Source: Deltaproteobacteria bacterium (lineage in GTDB: Bacteria > Desulfobacterota > Desulfobulbia > Desulfobulbales > JAJRZW01). From it: a stretch of 64,000 nt of DNA. This document shows, one piece after another, positions 28,578 through 36,202 of the stretch. A model generated the notes under the pieces. That model had not been told where the DNA came from and did no database searches. It was given only the letters and a program-made list of their open reading frames with translations. Location: the NCBI GenBank assembly GCA_024275015.1, contig JAJRZW010000032.1:30755-94754 (forward strand), read 5' to 3'. Made by a program: the position numbers and the translations under genes. Position 1 is the first letter of the stretch, and each line of letters starts with the position of its first letter.

Positions 28578-29790
28578 TCCTGACTCCCAGGCCCCGGCGT
28601 TCGCCTCCCTGGCCCGGACCGGGCGGATCACCACGGAGTGTCTGGCCGCCGCCGCCTCTGCCGCAGTGTCCAGAGATGTGCCGTTGGCCCACATTCTCCA
28701 CAACGAATACGGAATCAGCCGGCAGACCCTCTTGCAGGCTCTAAGCAGCCATTACCACTGCCCGGCCGTCGAGTACGACGAACGCCTGCCCATCCCTCCG
28801 GAAATCCTGCACCACATGCCGGGGAAAAAAATGGTGGACGAAGGGTGGTTTCCGATACTGAAAAACATTAACGGCGATATGGTGATAGCCGCCATCGATC
28901 CCGCTGACCCCGGTCTCGGCAAGGCAGTGACCAAGGTTATGGGCCCGGGAAACCATGAGTTTCGCGTTACCCTGCCCGACGACATCGTCTGGTTTGCCCA
29001 GGACTTCCTCCACGCCCCGCCCGGCGAACTGATCGGTACCGAGCGTACCGGCCTGGCCTACTGGCGCAACACCATGGCCCAGTGGCGCACCCGTATGGCC
29101 TGCTACCGCACCGACCTGGCCAAGGCCAGAACCGCGCTGTCCACGGGACGGGCCGGTCTGGCCTTGACGACCATAGCCGAGACCCTGTGGCGCAGCGGCA
29201 GACTCCAGACCGAACAGTGGCTGCCGCTTGCGGTGTTAAACCTGGGGATGGTGCTGCTTATCATCGCCGCCCCCATCTACCTGAAAATCCGCCGTTCGCG
29301 CATGACGCCACCCGGTCCCCAGACCCTGGTGGAAGTAACCGCCGCGACCTTGATGTTCCTGGAAAATTTTCATTTCCCGATACCATCCGATCATGCCGCC
29401 AAGCCGCGCAAGGATACCATGCTGGCCCGGCTGGGCGATTTCCTCGCCGACTACTCAACCATCATCTATCCGGTCCCCGCAAGTCGCGAACGCACATATC
29501 TGGCCCGGGAACGCAATGTCCTGGCGGCGCAACGCACCATCGCCGCCTGCTATCGGACCATTTATTCACGAGCACGCACCGGACTCGCATTTATCCGCAC
29601 CGGGGTATCTTTCATCAGCATCGGCCTCGGCCTCCTCGGCTACTTCGGGCTGGGAAGCAACACCCCCTTTGACCTGATTCTGGTCCTGACCGGCACGGTG
29701 CTGATCGGCGACGGCCTGCTCTGGTACCTGCCGGTGCGGAAAGAGCAGGCCGAACTTCCACGAAGCCGCAGCGCCGCGCTGGCCGAATAA
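28570..29790 (+). CDS. T2SSE_N-like domain fused to two DUF202 membrane repeats
   Basis: The start overlaps the upstream stop (ATGAATAG). The N-terminal region is PLAHILHNEYGISRQTLLQALSSHYHCPAVEYDERLPIPPEILHHMPGKKMVDEGWFPILKNINGDMVIAAIDPADP. Two DUF202 units follow: ERTGLAYWRNTMAQWRTRMACYRTDLAKARTAL... and ERNVLAAQRTIAACYRTIYSRARTGLAFIRTGVS... Confidence 0.7.
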   Translation: MNSPDSQAPAFASLARTGRITTECLAAAASAAVSRDVPLAHILHNEYGISRQTLLQALSSHYHCPAVEYDERLPIPPEILHHMPGKKMVDEGWFPILKNINGDMVIAAIDPADPGLGKAVTKVMGPGNHEFRVTLPDDIVWFAQDFLHAPPGELIGTERTGLAYWRNTMAQWRTRMACYRTDLAKARTALSTGRAGLALTTIAETLWRSGRLQTEQWLPLAVLNLGMVLLIIAAPIYLKIRRSRMTPPGPQTLVEVTAATLMFLENFHFPIPSDHAAKPRKDTMLARLGDFLADYSTIIYPVPASRERTYLARERNVLAAQRTIAACYRTIYSRARTGLAFIRTGVSFISIGLGLLGYFGLGSNTPFDLILVLTGTVLIGDGLLWYLPVRKEQAELPRSRSAALAE

Positions 29791-29881
29791 AAAAATAAAA
29801 GCATAATAACGCCGGGCTTGCTAATCTCCATCATAACACGAGGGGAAACAGCATTCGCCTCCAGACGGCCCGGGAGACCAC

Positions 29882-31300
29882 ATGAAAATAGAGCATAAAA
29901 TCTATCTTTCCAACGCGGTGCATATCGTGCTGCTGCTGCTGATCGGTATCTTCGCCCTGCACAACCTGAACCAGCTCTATACCAAATTCCGTTTCACCGC
30001 CATCGCCGACGGACTGAACACCGGCTTCCTGGAAATGCGTCTGGCTGAAAAAAACTATTTTCTCTACCGGGACCAGACAGCACTGGAAGCGATCACCACC
30101 AGGATCAACAAAACCACCACCACCATGCAAAAACTCAAGAGCGACATCATCCGGGCGGTTGGTCCCGCCAGCTATGCCGGTCTGGAACAACGGCTCAAAA
30201 ACTACAGGAGAATGGTCGCCGCCATTCACCAGGGCGAACGTAACAGTCCCGGAATCCGCAAACAGCTGCGAAAGGCGGGACAGGATCTCAAGATTTTCTC
30301 CGAAAACATAACCGTCCTCGAACGTAAAAACGTCGCCAAGATTATCAACCATTCCAAGACAATACTGCTCTACTCCTTCTGGGCCGTGGTCCTGTTCGCT
30401 CTTTTCTTCAGCCAGCATACCGTCCGCAGCATCGGCGGAGCCCTGCGCCAAATCGTCGCCCTGACCCGGGCCATCTCCCGGGGGAACTACAAATCAATCG
30501 ACCAGAAGCCCTCGGCCGACGAAATGGGCGCGGTGATCACGGCCATCAACACCATGGCCAATGAACTCAAACAGCGGGAACAGGAGATCATCCAATCAAA
30601 AAGACTCGCCTCCATCGGCGTTCTGGTGGCCGGGGTGGCCCACGAGCTTAACAACCCCCTGAACAACATCTCAATGATCGCCCAGACCTACGAGGATGTT
30701 TATGACCGCCTCGGTCGCGAAGAGCGGATAAGTTTCATGAACCAGATCGAAGAAGAGACCGAACGGCTGCGCCTGATCATCAAAAACCTCCTCGACTTTT
30801 CCCGCCCCAAGGAACCTCGTCTGGCCCAATCCGAACCCAACCACGTCATCCATAAGACCCTGGATCTGGTCTGCAACATGTTAGAAGTCTCCAACATCCG
30901 CACCAAACTGGATCTGGCCGATGTGCTTCCTGACTTTTACATCGACGAACACCAGATACTGCAAGTGCTGGTCAACATCACCACCAACGCCATCCAGGCC
31001 ATGAGCAGCGGCGGCGAGTTGACCATTCGCAGCCGTTATCTTGAAAAACAGGACGAAGTGGAATTCGAAATCCGCGACAATGGCAACGGCATCCCCCCGG
31101 AGTTTCTGGAGCATATCTTTGATCCGTTCTTCACCACCAAGGAAGAAGGCGGCACCGGCCTGGGGCTCTGGATCAGTTATGGTATAGTTAAACAGCATTT
31201 TGGTAATATCCACGTCGAAAGCTCGGTCGACGGCGGTACCGCATTTTTTATTACTTTCCCGAGCTGCAACAAGGTGAAAAGGTGTAACAATGAAGAATAA
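29882..31300 (+). CDS. sensor histidine kinase (2 TM, extracytoplasmic sensor, HAMP, HisKA, HATPase_c)
   Basis: H-box [14 protein letters not shown]-box [14 protein letters not shown]-boxes RDNGNGIP and [14 protein letters not shown]. Confidence 0.9.
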   Translation: MKIEHKIYLSNAVHIVLLLLIGIFALHNLNQLYTKFRFTAIADGLNTGFLEMRLAEKNYFLYRDQTALEAITTRINKTTTTMQKLKSDIIRAVGPASYAGLEQRLKNYRRMVAAIHQGERNSPGIRKQLRKAGQDLKIFSENITVLERKNVAKIINHSKTILLYSFWAVVLFALFFSQHTVRSIGGALRQIVALTRAISRGNYKSIDQKPSADEMGAVITAINTMANELKQREQEIIQSKRLASIGVLVAGVAHELNNPLNNISMIAQTYEDVYDRLGREERISFMNQIEEETERLRLIIKNLLDFSRPKEPRLAQSEPNHVIHKTLDLVCNMLEVSNIRTKLDLADVLPDFYIDEHQILQVLVNITTNAIQAMSSGGELTIRSRYLEKQDEVEFEIRDNGNGIPPEFLEHIFDPFFTTKEEGGTGLGLWISYGIVKQHFGNIHVESSVDGGTAFFITFPSCNKVKRCNNEE

Positions 31301-31661
31301 TATCATGATCATCGATGACGAAAAAATAGTGGGTGATATGGCGAAGCTGTCCCTGGAACAGGAGGGTTACGAGGTCGAAACCTTTCTCGACGGGGAGAGC
31401 GCCCTGAACCGCATGGAGAAAAAATCATTCGACGTGGTGATCACTGATCTCAAGATGAAAGGTATCGACGGCCTTGAGGTTCTGCGCAACGTCAAACACC
31501 TCTACCCCGATACCGTGGTGATCATGATCACCGCCTTCGCCAATCTGGACGTGGCCATCGAGGCCATGCGTGACGATGTTCAGGACTTCTTCCCCAAGCC
31601 GGTCAAGATCAAGGAACTCAAGGCCTCAATCAAAAAGGCCCTGGAGAAGAAGGCGGGCTGA
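31290..31661 (+). CDS. single-domain CheY-like response regulator (RR2)
   Basis: IMIIDDE...FDVVITDLKMKGIDG...VIMITAF...FFPKPV. It is a paralogue of RR1 and overlaps the HK stop by 11 nt. Confidence 0.9.
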   Translation: MKNNIMIIDDEKIVGDMAKLSLEQEGYEVETFLDGESALNRMEKKSFDVVITDLKMKGIDGLEVLRNVKHLYPDTVVIMITAFANLDVAIEAMRDDVQDFFPKPVKIKELKASIKKALEKKAG

Positions 31662-31677
31662 GGCCCGGGGGCCCCTG

Positions 31678-34296
31678 ATGGCACGGAAAGCCCCGTTCCG
31701 CCGCGCCTGGCGCGACCGGCTACGCCACGCCCTGGGCCGTGCCCCGGCTGGGGCACAACACGATCCGGCCGCGCTCTTCACCCGCTTCCAGGCGGTCCTG
31801 GCCGGCAACAACCGGGCGCTTGAGGCAATCACCGATCTCGGTGAAAAGCTGGGCGGCGATTATCTTTTCGATGTCAACTACACCAAAGCCGCTTACGGCG
31901 AACTCTTTGCCGCCATTTCCGACGCCCTGGAAAATTTCACCATTCTCACCAACCACGCCCACCCGGGCCTGGCGGAAATACTCGCCCGCCTCGACCGCCA
32001 GGTTCAGCGGATTCTGACCGAAGAAGTCCCGGAATCGGATCCGCTTCTGATCTTCTACCCGGAAATCACCTGGGACCTGGCCGAGACCGTAGGCGGCAAA
32101 AACTATCATCTGGCCCTGTTAGGCAATGAGCTGCGGCTGCGGACCCCGCCGGCCTTCGCGGTCACCACCCGCGCCTTTGATCTCTTCCTCGCCCATAATC
32201 AACTGAGCGAACGTTTACAGGCCCTGGCCGACAGCCGGAACCAAAAAACCGACCTGGCCGGCCTGCGGGAGGCGATTATGGCCGGGGCTATGCCGCCTGA
32301 ACTTGAGACGGAACTGGCCCGGGCCGCCCGTCGGCTGGCCGGGCGCCGGGGAGCGAAATATCTGCTGGCGGTTCGCAGCAGCGGCGAAGAGGAAGACGGA
32401 GATTTTTCCTTTGCCGGCCAGTTCGAATCAATACTCAACGTCCCGGCCACCGCCGCGGCCATAGGCGCGGCCTGGAAACAGGTGGTGGCGAGTCTCTTCA
32501 GCCCCGGAGCCGCCTCCTACCAGCTACAACTTGGTTACGATCCGGGGCGGTTGAAAATGGCGGTGGCCTGCGTGGCAATGGTCAAGGCCCGGGTCAGCGG
32601 GGTTATATATACCGTGGCCGGTTCCGGACAGGACGATGTCGTCCTTATTAACGCGGCCTGGGGCCTGGGTCCGGCGGTGGTTGACGGAATCACCGACGCT
32701 GATCTCTATCTGGTGAAAAAGGACGGGGTGGCGATAATCAGCGAGACCCGGATCGGCCGCAAGGAATTGATGGTGGTTGGAGATGGCGCAGCCGGAATCA
32801 GGACCGTACCCACCCCGACGGCCGACCGGGGCCGTCCCTGCCTCGTGGACAAACAGGTTCTGGAACTGACCCGCCTGGCCATGAAGATTGAAAAACATTT
32901 TCGTTCCCCCCAGGACATCGAATGGGCCATCGACGACCGGGGGAAAATCTTTATCCTCCAGAGCCGGGCCCTGAAGGTTGACGAGGGTGAAAAGCCACCC
33001 GACCCGGAGAACGAGGGGGCAAACGACCCGGACCTGCCGGTCCTGATGGACAACCAGGGGGTGGTGGTCCGCCACGGAATAACCGCCGGCAGAATCTTTC
33101 ATGTCCGCAGCCCCGAAGACCTGGAACAGGTACCGCGCGGGGCGGTTCTGGTGGCCCGGCACGATTCGCCCCAATATGTCCGGGTGATCCCCTTTGTCAA
33201 CGCCATCATCACCGATACCGGAGTGGCCACCAGCCACATGGCCTCAATCTGCCGGGAATTCGCCATTCCCACCGTGGTCAACACCGGCAACGCCACCAGG
33301 CTTCTCCCGGCCGGCCGGGAAGTCACCCTGCGGGCCGACAGTGACGGTACGATCACCGTCTATGCCGGCGTGGCCCGGGAATTGCTGCGCGAAGAGCGAC
33401 GAAGCAGCGTCAAGCTGCGCCATCTCTACGAGTTCCGCCGCCAGAAATATCTGATGCGCTACATCACCCCGCTTCATCTGGTCAACCCACTGGAAGAGGA
33501 GTTCACTCCTGCCAAATGCCGCTCGGTCCACGACCTGATCCGCTTCATGCACGAAATGGCGGTGCAGGCCCTGGTGGCCGATGCCAACCGGCAGGCCGGA
33601 AGCCTCGCCCGTCGCCTGTTCGGCCGGGCAAACACGCTCCGGGACCTGGCCCTGCCCCTGCCGATCCGTATGCTGCTGATCGATATCGGCGGGGCCCTGG
33701 TTCCCGACAGCGGCCGCAAAGTGACCCCGGAGCAATTACGCTCCCGTCCCCTGCGGGCGATCCTGCGGGGAATGCTTGAACCCGGAAGCTGGAGTAACGA
33801 AACAATGCCGCTGACCGGAAGGAATTTCCTCGCCGGCATGACCCGGACCGCCGACCCCGGCGCCATCTCCGCCGGCGCCAACCTGGCAGTGGCCTCGGCC
33901 GACTACGTCAACCTGAGCCTGCGTTTCGGCTATCACTTCGACGTCCTTGACTCCTACTGCACCGACCAACCCCGCAACAATCACATCTTCTTCCGTTTCG
34001 TCGGCGGCGCCGCCGCCCTCACCAGCCGGTCGCTGCGCATTCACTTCATGGCCAGGGTCATGAGCGCCTACGGCTTTATGACCAGAACCAGGGGTGATCT
34101 TCTCGTGGCAAGGATCTCCAACCTTCCGGCCGCGGAGGTGGAACAACTGCTGACCAACCTCGGCCGCCTGATCGGTTGCGCCCGGCAGATGGACGCCGCC
34201 CTGGTTTCTGAAGCGGAGGCGGAACGATTGGCGGATGAGTTTCTCGCAGGCAAAACCGCCGGAGATTTCCTTTTTGACAAACACGGTAATAGATAA
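31678..34296 (+). CDS. PpsA/PPDK-like dikinase paralogue 2
   Basis: The ATG at 31678 (MARKAPFRR...) lies 16 nt after the RR2 stop. GGKNYHLALL, LAVRSSGEEEDGDFSFAGQF, PQDIEWAIDDRGKIFILQSRAL and the swivel His TDTGVATSHMASICREFAIPTVV are present. The C-terminal region is collinear with paralogue 1 (LRFGYHFDVLD, NHIFFRFVGGAA, TRTRGDLLVAR). The track start at 31570 lies inside RR2. Confidence 0.8.
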   Translation: MARKAPFRRAWRDRLRHALGRAPAGAQHDPAALFTRFQAVLAGNNRALEAITDLGEKLGGDYLFDVNYTKAAYGELFAAISDALENFTILTNHAHPGLAEILARLDRQVQRILTEEVPESDPLLIFYPEITWDLAETVGGKNYHLALLGNELRLRTPPAFAVTTRAFDLFLAHNQLSERLQALADSRNQKTDLAGLREAIMAGAMPPELETELARAARRLAGRRGAKYLLAVRSSGEEEDGDFSFAGQFESILNVPATAAAIGAAWKQVVASLFSPGAASYQLQLGYDPGRLKMAVACVAMVKARVSGVIYTVAGSGQDDVVLINAAWGLGPAVVDGITDADLYLVKKDGVAIISETRIGRKELMVVGDGAAGIRTVPTPTADRGRPCLVDKQVLELTRLAMKIEKHFRSPQDIEWAIDDRGKIFILQSRALKVDEGEKPPDPENEGANDPDLPVLMDNQGVVVRHGITAGRIFHVRSPEDLEQVPRGAVLVARHDSPQYVRVIPFVNAIITDTGVATSHMASICREFAIPTVVNTGNATRLLPAGREVTLRADSDGTITVYAGVARELLREERRSSVKLRHLYEFRRQKYLMRYITPLHLVNPLEEEFTPAKCRSVHDLIRFMHEMAVQALVADANRQAGSLARRLFGRANTLRDLALPLPIRMLLIDIGGALVPDSGRKVTPEQLRSRPLRAILRGMLEPGSWSNETMPLTGRNFLAGMTRTADPGAISAGANLAVASADYVNLSLRFGYHFDVLDSYCTDQPRNNHIFFRFVGGAAALTSRSLRIHFMARVMSAYGFMTRTRGDLLVARISNLPAAEVEQLLTNLGRLIGCARQMDAALVSEAEAERLADEFLAGKTAGDFLFDKHGNR

Positions 34297-34316
34297 CATC
34301 CGGGCGTTAAAAAGCT

Positions 34317-35165
34317 CTATCCCAGCTCCATCACCTCAAGGCCGCGGAGCCGGGCGAGGCTGAAAACCGGGCCGTCGGCGCAGACAAGTCTGCCGTCCAT
34401 GTGACAATGACGGCAGACGCCGACGCCGCATTTCATATGACGTTCCATGGTGGTAATGATCTCCTCATCGGCAAAACCTCGATTGCCGAGGTCGCTCAAT
34501 ACCGCCCGGATCATCAGCGGCGGGCCGCAGACCAGGGCCGTCTGTTTTCCCGGGGCAAAATCCGCCCGGTCAAACAGGGAGGTAACCAGGCCCACCGCCC
34601 CGTCCCATCCCGGTTCCGCCTTGTCAACGGTCAGCAGGCATTCGACATCTTTTTCCATCCCCCAGGCGGCGATATCATCGGCAAAGGCGATATCCGAAGG
34701 GGTACGGCTGCCGTATATGATACTTATGCGGCCGTATTGATCCCTTTTCTTGATACAGGTCCTGATTACCGCGGCCAGGGGGGCAAGACCGATGCCGCCG
34801 GCGACAAAGAGCAGATCACGACCGACCATATCGTCAAGGGGGAAACCATTGCCCCAGGGGCCGCGAAGCCCTACGACATCGCCTTTTTTCATCCGGTGCA
34901 TGGCATTGGTAAGCCTGCCGGCCCGGCGCACGCTTAAACGGATGTGTCCGGGCTCTTCCGGGGTTGAAGAAAACGATATCGGCGCCTCGCCGCAATGGGG
35001 TACCGAGACCATCATGAACTGCCCCGGAAGATAAGTGAACTTCTCGTTATATTCCCGGTCACAAAAGGACAGGACAAAGGTCCTGATCTGGGAATTTTCC
35101 TCAATGACCTCGTTGATAACCGCGGGCTGGGGTAAATAAAGCGGGCTGATATCCGTCATTGTCAA
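34317..35165 (-). CDS. FAD/NAD(P)-binding + 2Fe-2S electron-transfer subunit (AsrB / sulfhydrogenase gamma / PyrK-like)
   Basis: FNR-like fold (PGQFMMVSVP, LLFVAGGIGLAPL, IIYGSRTP) and a C-terminal cluster motif CGVGVCRHCHMDGRLVCADGPVF. Its start overlaps the upstream stop. Confidence 0.75.
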   Translation of the reverse strand: MTMTDISPLYLPQPAVINEVIEENSQIRTFVLSFCDREYNEKFTYLPGQFMMVSVPHCGEAPISFSSTPEEPGHIRLSVRRAGRLTNAMHRMKKGDVVGLRGPWGNGFPLDDMVGRDLLFVAGGIGLAPLAAVIRTCIKKRDQYGRISIIYGSRTPSDIAFADDIAAWGMEKDVECLLTVDKAEPGWDGAVGLVTSLFDRADFAPGKQTALVCGPPLMIRAVLSDLGNRGFADEEIITTMERHMKCGVGVCRHCHMDGRLVCADGPVFSLARLRGLEVMELG

Positions 35166-36202
35166 ATTCCTTCACAGGCCATATTAATAAAACGAATGAT
35201 GTCGGTACCGCCGAAACAGATGCCGACACAGCGGCCGCAGCCGACGCAGCTCGGGCGGCCGTGGTCTTTAACGTCGTAACACAGTTTGTGCATGAATCGC
35301 TGCCGGATGGCGTCGGTGGCGGCATTCACCGGGTTATGTCCCCCGGCCATATTGGTGAAACCGGCAAAAGTACAGGCGTCCCAGCTCCTCAGCCTTTCAC
35401 CGCGGACGTTATCAACGGGCCGGTCAATGATGGTAAAACAGGTACAGGTGGGGCAGAGGTAAGCGCAGCCGCCGCAGTCCTGACAGCGCAGCGACAACTC
35501 ATGCCACACCGAGTCATCAACCTTTTTTTCCCGCAACCGTTTGATGGCCTGGTCCACATGAACCATGCGGGCAAAGCCGCCTCTTGCCTCGAGAAACACC
35601 TGGTATTTCCGGGCCCGGTCCTCCTTAGCGGCGACGGCAAAGAAATACCCCCACTTCCTGACAATCTCCTCTCCCCTGCTCCGCCCCGCTTCCACCAGGA
35701 ACCGGTCACCGAGGTCGGTGAACTGCAGGTCGGAACCGTACTCGAGAAAAGGCCCGTGTCTCGTGGCATTACAGAAGCAGTCGGCAAAAGAGGTATTGCA
35801 GTTCAGGCCGATCAAAACCGAGTTCTCCCTCTTTTGAAGATAATGCGGGTCGGTCCTGCCCTGGAGGAAGATCACATCCATGTATAATACGGCTGAAAGG
35901 TCGCAGGGACGGACCCCGAAAAAAATGGTCGGCGGCGGCTTGACCGTGGCGGGGCTGAAAGAGTAATCTCCCGGACTGTTTTTATAGGTAAAAAGCACCT
36001 CCTGCTGTGGCAGCATGAACTCCTTGAGGGAGTTCTGCGGCTGATTAACAAGATCCGGCGGCTGGGAATCAAGATCTTCGATAACGGTAAACAGGGTGTC
36101 ACCGTGACAGTTTTTTAACGGTACCACCAGCTGGTATTCCTTGCTCAATTTACGCAGGAAGGTGGTCAGATGGTCTTTTTTAAGGATCAGTTTATCACTC
36201 AT
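35162..36202 (-). CDS. 4Fe-4S subunit (AsrA / sulfhydrogenase beta-like)
   Basis: CQDCGGCAYLCPTCTC and CVGCGRCVGICFGG ferredoxin-type motifs in the typical AsrA/HydB layout. ATGA overlap with the fdhA stop. Confidence 0.7.
   Translation of the reverse strand: MSDKLILKKDHLTTFLRKLSKEYQLVVPLKNCHGDTLFTVIEDLDSQPPDLVNQPQNSLKEFMLPQQEVLFTYKNSPGDYSFSPATVKPPPTIFFGVRPCDLSAVLYMDVIFLQGRTDPHYLQKRENSVLIGLNCNTSFADCFCNATRHGPFLEYGSDLQFTDLGDRFLVEAGRSRGEEIVRKWGYFFAVAAKEDRARKYQVFLEARGGFARMVHVDQAIKRLREKKVDDSVWHELSLRCQDCGGCAYLCPTCTCFTIIDRPVDNVRGERLRSWDACTFAGFTNMAGGHNPVNAATDAIRQRFMHKLCYDVKDHGRPSCVGCGRCVGICFGGTDIIRFINMACEGI

Noticed and set aside
31570-31677. Upstream extension of dikinase 2 (track start 31570)
   Set aside because: It overlaps RR2 by 92 nt and encodes an Arg/Ser-rich out-of-frame read of the RR2 3' end. 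The ATG at 31678 gives an N-terminus collinear with paralogue 1.
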